From: Pelomyxa schiedti | Lineage: Eukaryota; Protista; Evosea | DNA length: 64,000 nucleotides | NCBI GenBank assembly: GCA_020536535.1 | Contig: JAHLWZ010000165.1 | Location: 1-64,000, forward strand | Direction of reading: 5' to 3' | Shown here: in pieces, positions 1-12,666 of the stretch | Position numbering within the stretch: position 1 is the stretch's first letter | Layout: the number at the start of each line of letters is the position of its first letter | Program-made: the position numbers and the translations under genes | Notes under the pieces: model-generated | What the model was told of the DNA's origin: nothing | The model's input: the letters and a program-made list of their open reading frames with translations, nothing else | Databases searched by the model: none

Positions 1-91
1 CAAGTACTTCGTTCTGGGAAGGCTAGTTGTCCAGAGTTCCTTTTTGGAGAAAAGTGAGAAAAGAAATATTTTTTTTTTTTTGTTAATTGCC

Positions 92-1703
92 ATGGCCACA
101 GCCAACCAATGCATTTTTGACAACATTGCAGAGCTGTTGACCCGTCCTTTTCTGCTATTCTCCTTTCAACTTCGGCATCAATCCCCAGCACTCCCTCCAT
201 CCCGTCCATCATTTTGGCGTTTCGTCGACCAAGACTTGTTTCTCCCAGACAACCAGAAAGCGGGGAAGTGCACCCCTTGTACGGAGACTAGGGATCATAG
301 GAGAGTGTCACGAAACCCTGAACCCCTCCATCCCAAGACCCAAGGCAGGGTTCACCAACTTGATCTCTCTGCTTCTTTGAAGCGAAATGACCCTTTCCAA
401 CCGCCGAAAACGATTGAAGTCGGCACCTCCGGCACTGTTATTGCCCTGTGCGAGCAGCCTCATGACAAGTTCGTTGGGGCATTGACGCGGAGTGACGGTG
501 ATCCACGCTGCGCCGAGTCTTCTCCTGGAATCAGTTCAGATGCCCATGTTGGCTATAAGAATGCTTTTCAGTGTGTGGAAATTGGAACTGAAGGGTGTGT
601 GGGCCTTCCATTTATAATGTCCGCCTTTAAGCAAATAGTTAACAACTACAAATTGAAACTTGGGAGTTAATTTACTCTTTGGGGGTGTATCAAATGGAGA
701 CTTTCCTAGGGACAGGTTGTCGTGTGACAAGTGTTGCACTTCACAACAATGTTCTATTTGCTGGGATATACGGGCACCTTTTTGCCATCAATCCGGTTGT
801 TGGAACAATTTTGTGGCATGTGAAACCAACAGGTCTATCTGCCTTTTTTTCTCTATTTGATGGCCGGGAAGAAATACTGACTGACGAGTTGGCGTTGGCC
901 AGGCCATGCGCGCAGCTCAGGAATGGCCATTGACTTCATGAGTGACAAATTGATTGTAGGGAGCGAGGGCTATGTGTCTTGTATTTCTTGCATTGATGGA
1001 CATGTTCTGCCACTCTAACCCACCAAAAAAAAAAAAATATTTCTTTTCTCACTTTTCTCCAAAAAGGAACTCTGGACAACTAGCCTTCCCAGAACGAAGT
1101 ACTTGGAGGTCAACATGATTCTTCAAGATGATGCCATTTACGTGGGAAGTTTTTCTCGAGTTTTTGCGTTGAGGACAGATGGCTCAGTAATGTGGTCCAC
1201 CGACTTGGGACTGTTTAGACATACTTCTCCTGTACGATTTTAACCTCTTTCTGGGACTTGCATATGACTGACAATTTGAAAGGTAACGCTTTCTTGGGTG
1301 ACTGGGAGTACTGAAGAGAATTCGCGATTAGTTGGTAAAATTGACCTGAAAACAAACCTTCCAAAACGGTATAATAGGCTGCAATGGGTATCTCTACACT
1401 GTCAGACCGTCCACAGGAGAGGTTTGCCTCTCAATACTATCCCGTAGGTTTTTATCGTCCTCAGATTCTAATGGAAACTTCTCTCCCAAATATTGGTTTC
1501 CACGTTGTGACACTATTGGTTGCTGGGATTCCACAGTCACTGCACCATTCCGTTTACATAAGTAAGAAGAATTCTTGTGTGGGCGCTCTCTTAATTCAAC
1601 AATCAAACAGGCACAAATGCTTCATTACTCCGGTGTGATGCGGTGACCCATGAAATTTTATGGCAAACACCACTCAGAATAAGAGGTGTTTTCCTCTCTG
1701 GTG
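92..1703 (+). CDS. PQQ-like beta-propeller repeat protein (multi-exon, 3' end runs into assembly gap)
   Basis: Spliced exons give repeated blade-like motifs: VLFAGIYGHLFAINPVVGTILW, LIVGSEGYVSCISCIDG, IYVGSFSRVFALRTDGSVMWSTDL. Short GT-AG introns lie between them. Confidence 0.6.
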
Positions 1704-1803
1704 NNNNNNNNNNNNNNNNNNNNNNNNNNNNNNNNNNNNNNNNNNNNNNNNNNNNNNNNNNNNNNNNNNNNNNNNNNNNNNNNNNNNNNNNNNNNNNNNN
1801 NNN
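1704..1803. other. Assembly gap (100 N)
   Basis: Run of exactly 100 N. Confidence 1.
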
Positions 1804-1912
1804 CCTGTGAGAACTTGTTGCTGTGTGGACTGGATGCAAGCTGTGCCATTGTCATCCTCATGTGCCATGCCCAGTGCATCACAAGCATCCTGTGATGACC
1901 ACTGTATTTGCA

Positions 1913-2134
1913 TCAAGGAAGGTTCTGGGTTTTGTGTGAAGCACAAACTGAGAGACTGGAAGAATGACATCTGGCAGTTTTATTACCATCTCTTGTCAAG
2001 CCAGTTTTACAGTGACTTGTGTATGATCCGGGAGTATCCTTGATGTCTGTTTTGCATTTTGCGTATGAGTGGTTGCACTGTGAAAGGTTGACAGATGCCA
2101 TACACCAAAGGTGGAACACCACAAGGAACAACAT
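1913..2134 (-). pseudogene. Decayed EGF-like repeat fragment
   Basis: CNHSYAKCKTDIKDTPGSYTSHCKTGLTRDG resembles the EGF consensus CHxNAxCxNTPGSYTCxCKxGYxGDG with cysteines lost. Confidence 0.3.
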
Positions 2135-2378
2135 GTTAGCTTTGTACTCCTTGTTTAGCCCAAAGCTAAACCCCTCAGTTCACTATTGGTGTGATTGATG
2201 CTGAATTCTATGGTCCCAAGTATTCTAAAACAAGAACTGGCTGAGGCAATGAATAAATGGCATAAGAGCCTCAAAGAGGCTTGTTGTTGAGGAAGTGGCT
2301 TTAACTGGCCTGTCAGCACCGTTAAATATTGAGTTAGATTAAGAGCAACATAAAACAAAGTTTTTTTCTTGTGGTTAA

Positions 2379-2545
2379 CCCAGGGTGGTGATTTTACTGA
2401 CTGGCTTATGCTCAACCACTGCCCAGGGTGGTGATCCGATTTGACTGCAAAAAGTGCATCATCACTGCCCAAAATCACCACCCAGGTGGTGATTTTGGGT
2501 GGTGATGATACACTTTTTGATAGGGAAAAAAATCACCACCCACTG
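2379..2545. repeat. Foldback/hairpin element built from GGGTGGTGAT units
   Basis: Imperfect inverted repeat 2448-2519 (arms of about 35 bp, 2-nt loop, 3 mismatches). Extra CCCAGGGTGGTGAT copies at 2379 and 2422; inverted AAAATCACCACCC near 2529. Confidence 0.8.
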
Positions 2546-2913
2546 ATCCAGATATGCCACTCACACTGTGCCAAGGTAGATTGGGTTGGGATAGTGACCA
2601 CCACACTGTGAGGTGTGCTGGGGTGTCGATGGTTGTTGTTTTACTTGTGTAGTAAGGGAGAAAGAAGCCTGAATACAAACACAAGAGTTTATTGTTTATT
2701 ACTTTAGCTTTTGCTTGCAATAACTACGATGGTGTTGTTCCCGCCTTATAAAGGCGCTAGAATCAGTTCTAGGTGTCGCCTGGATCTCCCTCAGGGTCCC
2801 AACAGATTCGCAGTAGTTTTCCCAGAAATCCATCAGTGATTAGAACCGTACTTAGAACTACAGCGACGCGAAGTCACCTCGCCACACACACCACCCATTC
2901 GTTTTCGTTTGCA

Positions 2914-3181
2914 GGTGACCCAGTACGATATCTTTGGAGCATCAACACTGGTGAGGTTGCACCACAACTTTGCAGTTGATGAGGACCCGGTTCTGTCACA
3001 GCCAGTCGCAGTCGACCTGTCATCGCTGTTTGCCGACTGGACAGTAACATCGGCGGTGGAGGTGTCACTGTCAGCAGCACACAAGGTCCAATCGCTGTCC
3101 TCAATGGCCATCACCCTCAACCCAATGGAGTTCCGGACTTTCGCAGTCTCCCTCACTGAAAAAAAAATCCCGAGTCGGTGA
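2914..3181 (+). pseudogene. Isolated terminal exon of a GH38 lysosomal alpha-mannosidase
   Basis: LVRLHHNFAVDEDPVLSQPVAVDLSSLF...ITLNPMEFRTF matches the GH38 C-terminus. Preceded by acceptor tttgcag (2913); no upstream mannosidase exons are visible between the gap and this exon. Confidence 0.7.
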
Positions 3182-3499
3182 AGACGGCGCCACCTTTTGT
3201 TGTACTTCCCGACATCGAACAAAATGAGACGCGTCCCATAATAACCGTCACCCCCCGCTGCTGCGATTGGCGATTGCGCAACAACACACCCTTCCCCCAT
3301 CACCCCGAGATGAAACTCTAGATACGCTCAAGTATACACTTGCCCACTGGTGCCTCGAACCCACATTGTGGGACACACCAGTTGGTGGCGGTTGTGGCAA
3401 CGCGAACTTTAATCCCAGTGAAGAGATGCCTTCCAAATTAAGGTACCTTTATCTACCGGTGCTGCCTGGAGGATGATTGCATGACATGTAAGGCAAAAC

Positions 3500-4880
3500 T
3501 TATTCACAAGTGCCCAGAATCCTGAACTGGCTAGATACTTCGTTTGTTCCACATACAGGTGCAACTATGTTCCTGGTCGACTGCACTGATCTGAGTGATA
3601 AATATGAGACCATACATGGCACTGAACTTCAGAGAGATTGGAACAAACACGGTCTGCATACACATGGCTTTTTCTGTGTGTCTTCTCTCACTCTTTTCCC
3701 AACTCACCTGCCTTGCAGTTTTGTGCTCACAGTGTGCTGAAGTGCACACAAAACTCCAGATCTTTAGACGTGCCGCTATCACTTTTATCAGCTGCCCCTG
3801 TGAATCCTCCCCCGTTGCTCATAACACCAATAAGTCCACTGGCTTTCATACCCTCCAAAGTGGAGTCACAGCCGATCTCATTGCCAGACATGCCAACGGT
3901 CATCAGAAACACATGTGCTGATGCCACAATGGCCCACACAGTCATTCAACTTGTGCACAACCATTCACAGTTCCCATTCTTCACAGTGACAATGGCACTC
4001 AGGACTTTGCTTAAAACAAAGAACAAGGCCGCTGCTGATGTTGTGTGCCCAGTCTCTCACTGACACTGAAAACATTGATCTTTCTGATTTGAATCTGGAC
4101 TATGTCCCTCACTCACTGAAAACATTGACATGCAGGACACTTGACCTCTCCAGCAACAACCTCCAGAAGATTCCCAAGTGGTTGGCTGCAAGTCCCAATG
4201 TGAGATTGGGAAGAGGTGACAGATGGACACTTTGTAAGAAGGGAGAGGCTGACTTCAGACATTTCACTCCCAACAAGACACACAAACTTGTGATTGTTGG
4301 AGACATGGGTGTTGGGAAGAAAAAACTGACAAAAGCAAAGCATGTTCAACACACAGGAATTGCCATTCACTATGATGTGATGTTCAAATACAATCAGCTG
4401 GACTGTCTGGGACCTTGGTATGACTCTTTCTAACATTAACATTATTGGGGGGGAATCACTGACACCATTCCACTAATGGCTCCTCCTCAGCAGGTCTGTG
4501 TTCATCATCGTTTTTGATGTCTCCTTTGTCTTCTTCATGCAACTCAGCAATGGAAAGGGCTGGTGATGCAACAGCAGCAAGTCTCAAGTGATGGAAGAAG
4601 ATCCAGGAAGAACACCAACACAGCAATGCCATGCGAAATTGAGGAGTGTGCCGACTTCTTGGTGGACATTGGTACCATCGTTCACTTACAGGTATCACCA
4701 AGTAGTGACATCTTGAAAGATGTAGTGGATCCTCCTCCCTTTTTGATGTGCCTGTGTGAGACCATCAGAAAGCTTTGTTCACAGGGAGTACCAATGTAAC
4801 CCTGTGTCTTACAGCCATAGCAAAGAGTCATCTGGGCAGCAAGCAAAAATAATGGTGGCCATATTGTTGTAGTCACTTGC
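3500..4880 (+). pseudogene. Degenerate Roco gene (LRR-Roc-COR)
   Basis: LRR (IDLSDLNLDYVP, LDLSSNNLQKIP), P-loop KLVIVGDMGVGK, Roc-like SRSVFIIVFDVS and COR-like FLVDIGTIVHL...LKDVVDP. Broken by stops and frameshifts; boundaries approximate. Confidence 0.65.
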
Positions 4881-4992
4881 TGACATCAACAAAGTGTGTC
4901 AAGTGATGGAGCAATTACAACAGCACTGAGTGAGTGGCCTTTTGAGTTAGATAAAGTCGATTTTTTTCTCCCAAATCACCTACAACGTGACG

Positions 4993-7888
4993 ATGTCGCA
5001 GCAGCACGTTACGGTAGATGTAAGTTCAGTCGACAGTAGAGTCCGTTACCGGTTTTACAGACTTTTGGATGCATGTAGATCAGGTGACAAGAGGGAAACC
5101 AAGTGGTTGTTGCGCGATTGTGGCTCAACCATAAACATACATGCTACCTATGTACTGGCGGAAGGAATGAATGAAACGCTTCTTAGTCTTGCAGGGAGTG
5201 TCGAGGTGGTCAGAGTGTTGCTTAACCCACCATCCCCCCACACCCCTCTGACAGTTGATGACGTAAACGCAACCGATGGAAATGGCATCACGGCACTGTG
5301 CAAGAATTGCCTTCTTTCCAGATGCTCCATTGTTGAGGTGCTTCTTGCAGTTCCTGGAATAGACGTAAACAAGGGCAGTGAGAAATGGGGAGCACCACTG
5401 TATAGGGCAATATATGAGCTATACCATCGTGACAGCAGACTCAAGATCGTGGAGCTTCTGCTTTCCAGGCCTGAAATTGATGTAAACAGGCCGTGCAGCC
5501 TGAAGAGGCAAAACGATACACCACTTGCATGTGCTATCATCCAACACCACATGCATAGTGCTGAGTTATTACTGAGGCGCGGTGGAACTGTAAACAAAGA
5601 GAGCCAAGTTGAGGTAGACAAGGCCATGGGAGGGCACAAAAAATTTACACAGTGGGTGCAAGAAAAAACCCCCAAGCCTCTTTGCAATCTGAGTTCAACT
5701 GCCACACTGCCCACACGGTCAACAAAAAGCCCATCTGGAACCACCACTAAAGAAGACCGAGTATGCCTTTCACCACTCCTACCACACCCACCAGCCAGTG
5801 TGAAACCGTCTGCAGCATTCCTCCAGCAGACAACCAATACTCCAGCTACCAGCAAACCAGATGATGTAGGGTCTTCACCATCACAAACAGCAGTCAGTGT
5901 GAAGCCAGCTGTTACAGGTCCCCCACAGACAACAAGCAGCACTAAAGAAGAGCAAGTATAGTTTACTCCCTTAGTTTTATTTCTTTTGTTTTATAACACC
6001 AAGATTTCTCAACTTCTGTTGCGAGTGGCAGCACTTGAGAAAGAGAATGCTCTATTGAAAGACTCAGTTCAAGTCCTTGAAGAAGTTGGGAAAAAAGAAA
6101 TGTCTTTGTGTTAACACCACCACTTAGGATCGAAATCAGTGGCAAAGATTCAGTGAGCAAATTGAGACTCTTGGGGCACAAGCAATCAATGAACACGCAG
6201 AACAATTGGAACAAGTGCAACAAACTCAAAAATTAGCTTCTGTGTGTTGTTGTTTCCATGTTCTCCTTCAGTTTTTCCTAAAGTCCCCACAGTACCTTGA
6301 TGTGTACGTAAAAGCAATTGACTTCAGTTGCATGAGATCTTTGGAATTGTCTGACCTTAATGTATTTTCTGCAAAGGTAGTTCTACTTTATGTGAAACTT
6401 TTTTACATGGCAGTATTCCTCTCTCAACGAAAAAAGGTGCTTGGAGAAGGTTGCAATGGGAGCACAAGCAAGGTCACTTTGAAAAAAACAAACGATTTTC
6501 GTGTACCACTGCAAGTTATAGAGTGTGGTGTGGCATTGAAGATGCTGTACAACCTCCAGATAGTGCCAGGTGGAGGTGGAAAGACAGACCACCAGAGAGA
6601 TTGGTTTGGGAGGGAATACTCATCCCTGGTGCAAAATCCACACTGGGGTGTGGCAAACATCCTCAGTTTCTTCAGAAGTTTCACTCAGGTATTTTGTTTT
6701 TTCACACAACTAACACTAAGTTGAACTTAATCAGGCCAACCTTATTCCTCCAGAAACTCCAAAGTGCATCGTCCACTCTGAAACAGGGCAACCTCTCAAC
6801 AACTCCCCTCACAACCACTGTAACTGCATTTCTGTTTATGACAGAACAACGTTCATTTCTGAGGAACTTGGAAGTGAGACAATTGATTCTGTTCTATCAT
6901 CCAAATCACTTGCAGCCAAACCACCTGTTCCCCACCTCCAACAACAACCCCAACCACTGTGGTTTGTTGGGAAAGATCTCACAATTTCCAGTGCATTCCA
7001 GTTGCTCACAACTGTTGACTTCCTCAACAACGAGAGAGGAGTGTTCCACCTTGACATCAAAACTGACAACATCCTCCTGTTGGCAAGGAAGCCACTGTTC
7101 TCACCAGGGCAGTTCACCGTACTATGCGACTTTGGTGCATCAATGAGTGTGGACCCAACAGGAGACACACCAGGGAAGCTGGTGCTGGGGCCAAGAGAGG
7201 GTTTAGATGGAAACCTGATGAACAGGGCTCCTGAGACCCTCAGGCCATTCAGCATCACTCCAAAGTAAGACCCACCTTCTTGTATTCTGCCTGCCAGAAC
7301 TAATGAAAACCAAAAAAAAAAAAAAGTGAATCATGGTGGGATGTATCCAAAACAGATGTGTGGGCTGTTGGATGTGTATTATGGAACATGTGCTTTGGCA
7401 TACCTCTTTTCAAGAGCCAAGAGGAGACCACATCCAAGGCAGTTACAGTGCCCCCATCACTGTCATCTGACTGCCCGTTCTTCTCCAAGCTACTAACTCA
7501 CCTTCTTGACCGGGACACAGCAAGGAGGCCACCAGCATGGCTTGCATCTGCGTTTGTTGGTGCACACATGTTCCTTGACCTTGCACCCCCTGCTTTCATT
7601 TCATCTGGCAGCCAACAACAGAAAACAGAGTGCATTGAAAAGCAACTTGATGCACTGAGGCGTGCCACATGCTCTCAAGTTGATGATCTTGCCAGGGAAC
7701 AAGCCAAACCACCTCTCTTCGTGCCAAATGCTGTGTCATCATCATCCAGGGCAATGAGACCAACAACATCAAGTATCAAACAAACACACATTCCCGTGAT
7801 TCCAGTTAGGCTGTTCCTTCAGATGGTGTTCCTCAACAGCATCACCATCCCGAACCTACTTGATGCTTTTTCCCTTTTTTGTGATTAA
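4993..7888 (+). CDS. Ankyrin-repeat + coiled-coil + PINK1-like Ser/Thr kinase (multi-exon)
   Basis: Ankyrin repeats (DVNATDGNGITAL, DVNKGSEKWGAPL, DTPLACA). Kinase motifs LGEGCNG, VALKMLYN, HLDIKTDNILL, CDFG, GNLMNRAPE, SKTDVWAVG. Intron e.g. 5956-6003. Confidence 0.85.
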
Positions 7889-8054
7889 AACAAACTTTTT
7901 CTCAGTACTGAGCAATAATTAATAACGGTGCTTTACAGGGATGAATCGGCACCAGACTTCCCTCCAGCCATCTGATGATGGTTACCAGCTGGTGATTTTT
8001 GTGCTGGAGGTACAAAGTAGTCCACCAACTCTTTCCCGAGATTTCTTATGCCTG

Positions 8055-8104
8055 CTTGCCTTGCCTTGCCTTGCCTTGCCTTGCCTTGCCTTGCCTTGCC
8101 TTGC
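8055..8104. repeat. (CTTGC)x10 microsatellite
   Basis: Perfect pentamer tandem repeat. Confidence 0.95.
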
Positions 8105-8749
8105 CTGTTCCCGCTGCTGCTGCCTGCTGGCTACTACTAGCTCTAGAGTCAATCCCCACCCATCATCTAGGAGGCACGCCGCAAAACCCACGCCACTCAA
8201 TGCAATGGTGAACTTGAACTTGATGAACAACTTGAACTGATTCCCCCACACTTGTAGTAGTCCTTCCTGTGCGTTGGTGTAAGAAGAAGAACAAAGAGAG
8301 GGAGAAAATAAAGGGGTGTAGCGGTGTAGTGTTGTTATAGTTGTGCACTAGATGGATCTATTGTGACCTGTGGGTAGATCTGAGGACGTTGTAGCGACAC
8401 TAATTGTTACTTTTGTTGTTATTTGTGGATTTTTTTCTTTCTTTTATTTTTATCGAGTTTCCCAGAGAAAAAAGCACTGGGTGGGAAGAAAAGGAGTAAA
8501 AAAAAACCTGCAGCGCCAACTTGGGTCGTTGGGGCTGTGATTTATGGACATATTTCTAATGTGATACGGGTTTGAGTTTTAACTCTTGTACGATGTGTCA
8601 CATGGTATGTTAGGACTTGGTGCTTTTGTTAATGTGTGTTTTTGCTCTGTGAGCAGAGAATGAACAAGTGTATCCGTTCATTGATTTCAGTATGCTGTTT
8701 CAAGTTTTTCTTAAGTGAAAGGGTAAAGGGAGGTATTTGTTTGTTTTGA

Positions 8750-10110
8750 GGGTTGTTGTTGCTACTTGCCATTGTAGCTCCGCCTGTTCTCGTTATCTGG
8801 CTTAAAGGTTAAATTAATTATTGGTGAAGGGTGAAAACTTTATGTTGTTCTCGGAGCTGTTTTCCATTTCCTCCTTGTGCCGGAAGTCTGCTTTAATTTG
8901 GTCAATGTATTGGCTGCTTGACAACTTCTTCAAGACGCTGAACACTCTGGTTGGTGCATATATGTGATTTCAAGGTGTGTGGCTAATTTTGAGGTGCATT
9001 GCTTTTCCGCTGCTAAGTGGGTCTTTGCCTGAAACACGTTCAGTTGAAGAAGAAAAGAGCCAATAAGAATGAATGCACGCGCATCCTCAAGCTCCAGTTT
9101 TGAAGCACGAACAAGTTCCTTCTGCAGAAGTAAATCGCTTTTGGCAAGGGAGGCAGCCACTTTGACAACATCAAGATCAATTTTGAGAGACGTGACTTCA
9201 TGTGTGAGATCAAAAAATTTTCTTCAAGGAACGAGGAATAAGGCTAAATGAGAAAAGGGTCTTCCCAAGGAACCTGCTTTGCTTCATAAGTTCGTTGGTT
9301 TTCTGTGACAGGGTCTGTTCAACATGAAGGAGAGGAATGATACTACAGTTATCCGTTCATTTGCTCGTTTTTTCCTTGAGACTCTGTGATAAGTATGTTT
9401 TTTCACCTTCTTTCTTGGATGGGTCACTATATGTTCTAACTTCCCTCAGTCAGTACCTATTTTGTAGTGAGATTACATGTTCTATCCTCTCCTTCTGTGT
9501 TGATAGAGGTTCTGATTTTTTAAATGGCTATTGTAAGGTATTAGTCCTGGACACATGTCATTTAGGAGACACAAGTTTTGAGAGTGTAGCTGCTGGATGG
9601 TGAGTTTGAGGGACTTTGTCGGAATACATTAAAAGTCCGTATGTCGAAGATAGGCCAGCAGTTTGCCTTGATCAACACAGAATAATTGCGAGGGTTTGGA
9701 AGAAGATATAATGGCGTATTCTACCAGGCAAAGTCGTCGAGCAACAAACGGACTGCAAGTCGTACCACTCACTGAGTACCAACGAGCTGCTTAGAAAAGA
9801 GTAGTAAGTTTGAGTTTCGTTTCTTGCTTGTTGGTCTTTGTGGTTTGTTTCTCTCGTTTTCTCTGTATACTGTATTATGTTGAGCTTGTCTTGTAAACCA
9901 GGGTTCCTTCAGAACCTCTGAGAGGATCTCCAGAAACTCAGAACAATCATCAAGCTGGTGAAACGAAAAATTTACGAAGAGGCCGCAGACCTCGACACCA
10001 CTTCCCTGTCTCGTTTTCTTTATTGTTTGGCAGCAAAACAGTGGGCACAACAACACCGGTTCTACGATGACGGCAGCAGCAGGAATACCAACTTACACAC
10101 CCACCACGTG
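8750..10110 (-). pseudogene. Hypothetical coiled-coil protein gene, probably degenerate
   Basis: Exon-like segments with heptad character (KIFDLTHEVTSLKIDLDVVKVAASLAKSDLLLQKELVRASKLELEDAR). The frame could not be rebuilt end to end; partial copy at 12667-13037. Confidence 0.35.
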
Positions 10111-10303
10111 TGATCCCGAATTTTTCTTTATACAAATTGGCTCTCCTAGCCACAATTCGTACACCTGTGTGAGTTTGGCATCCACAGTTTCACAGTCTCT
10201 AAGCAATCACCGAAATTTTGGTAACAGTTTTCATTGACTTTTCTCTTTTTTTTTCTTGTAAACCCGGAAGTTGGTATCCGTGTACGAGAGTGGTGGTCGT
10301 GGA

Positions 10304-12526
10304 TCACCAAGAGCTCGAGGTTGTAGTAGTAGTGCTTGTGCTGCTTGTTGATGTCGAGGTAGAGGTAGCCAGTGTGGTAGTCGGGAGTGGTGGCTCATAC
10401 TCCATCCCTTGAGTTGCAGCTTGTGCCTTCATTTTCCCCAATGTATGTGAAACAGTGAAAATCGGTGGTCGCTGTGTGGTGGTCAGATAATGGGCTAAAG
10501 AATGAGGAACCGCCAACCTTTGAGGGGGCAGGGTCCCAACATGAAAACACCATCTGGGTAAAGAGTCCAGGGAAGGGTGACGGGTGTGGAGCAGACACCG
10601 GGGGAATTGTCGGCCGAAACCCATCGATTATCTTCCCAACGACCTGGGAACGGGTTGTATTGCTGAAGGGCCGAGCCTCGGCAAATATTTCCCACATTGT
10701 AGTGCCGAAGGAGAACCTGGTGTGAGTAAGGACAGTCAGTCACAAAAAAACGATGTGAAACGTACACATCAGAACGAGGAGATGCTGAATTTCCCAGTAG
10801 CACTTCAGGGGCGGCGTAGAATTCTAAAAAGGTCAATTTGTAAGCTGAGAAAGAAGGATATATGTATATGGGAAGTTGTTACCTGAACCCTCAAAAACCT
10901 CAGGAGAGGAGCAAAGCGTGCTCACTTGGAGGTACCTGCACGCCCCAAAGTCACACAACTAAAATTGGTGTAGGGATGGTCAATGTTGGCTGTTTTTCTA
11001 ACGAAAGGAAGACTCCACCTTTGCTTTCCAATCTGCATCGAATGCAATGTTGCCGGGTTTGATATCCCGGTGTACCATTCCGAGCGTGTGTAGGTGACAG
11101 ATCCCAAGTGCCTACAGGTGAGTGTGAGGAGTGTACAAATACCAAAAGTACTTACGACATCATTCACAATGCTGAACTTCAACGGAGACGGAAGTGGCCT
11201 GCTGGCCACCATCTGCCTAATTTCCTCTGGCACTCTCCTTGTGTTATGTAACAAGGTCTCTACGTTGCACAGCATTTTCTCTAAAATAACCATGACAGGA
11301 GAACGCTCGTCGTTAAACCCTAGATTGTTTCAGTGGTAAGGTTGAAGAGAGGAGGCCTGTGGCAAAAGATGGACTTGCCAAGTACCAATCATATGTAACA
11401 AATTAGCATGGTCCAAGGGCCTTTTTTTGTGACTTAGAGTTTGGAGTGTCTTAAAAGAAGGTAAGAAATACAGTTGCATCTGAGCTTCTTGAAGCAGGAT
11501 AGGGTCAGACCGGCTACCAGTAGAAATCTTTACCGCAACTGGAATTCCGAGATACGTTCCTTTTGATCGAGTTAGATTGGAGCCTTCACTTGCGCACACA
11601 GATACCAGAATAAACGTGCGCGAATCGGCCTCTTCCAAGCACGTCATTATATTGGCAAACAATGTCTTCGGCTCTTAAACGACCAGGTACATGCCCAATG
11701 GCCGAGGAGGGAGTGCTCGTCGACGTAGTCGAAGTCGTCGATGCCGACGGCAAAGGCGAAGGCGAAGGAGAAGGAGACAGCGACGGCGATGGCGATGGTG
11801 ACGGCGACGGTGACGGTGACGGTGAAGGGGACGGCGACGGTGACGACGTAGTTTGGACTCGGGGGATCTTGGGGGGGAACTCGAGTGTCACATCAGTAGT
11901 CACATGTCTGGACCCCCTCTCTGCGTGATACACGTGTGTAGTTCGCATAGCCTCATTCACGTCAGCGCGGCTTTGCAGTTTCACGAACACTTCCCATCGG
12001 CCGTGCTGCACCAACCGCTTTTCGACTTTACACCTGGTTTTCTGGAGTTTAAAAAACGAGAGAAACGGCGAGATTGCGGCTTGTGGGTGTGCTCGCGACA
12101 ACGTGGTGGCGGTTCAACGCCGAGATTGGGACGTACCAACTTACACTTTTTGAGGCAGAAATGCAACTTTCACAGCCTTCTTGTTGATCCAGGGTGCTTC
12201 TTCCAAGCCCTTTACAATCATGAACCCCTTGGCTGGCCCTAACGGCCACGACGACGATGCCGATGCGCTCATTGTCGGTACCCAAGTTTCTGTGGTGGCT
12301 GGAACTTTTATTTAAAAAGTGCCCTTTGATTTGTGTAAAATCGGAGTACAAAGTAAAGGTCAAAAAAGAGAACACATGACTTTGGACAAGAAGTAACACC
12401 ACACGCGCTCAAACAAAGGTGTTCTTCAATTGAGTTATGGAGGGAAGATGCACATTTCTGAGGGTGGGTGTGCCGGGCAAAAGCATAGAAGTCAGTCAGT
12501 CTGACATCATTGTGAATCCGGTACAC
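10304..12526 (-). CDS. Tyrosine-kinase-like (TKL) protein kinase with (SP)n linker; start uncertain
   Basis: Spliced motifs LGRGRFAHVY, VAVK, HANLL, HRDIKPGNI, LCDFG, GSEFYAAPE, SDVYSFG..MWE, CWDPAPSKRP. Confidence 0.85.
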
Positions 12527-12666
12527 TATCTGCGGCTGTGCCGAAAAGGGAGGGAACGTGGTGATGTGGTTTTCTGCTCAGAGGTCTTTAGGTAGTGGAT
12601 TTCCGCTGGGAAACAGAAAGTCCAGCCGGCAAAGAAGAAAGATCAGTTGCGGTATGATTTGATGTT

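Noticed and set aside
3500-7888. Roco remnant and downstream kinase as one LRRK-like gene
   Set aside because: The kinase gene has its own ATG and ankyrin N-terminus and is intact, while the Roco part is decayed.
10828-10885. ATATCCTT inside a TKL kinase intron (minus strand)
   Set aside because: An ordinary GT-AG intron already restores GSEFYAAPE, and there is no U12 branch box.
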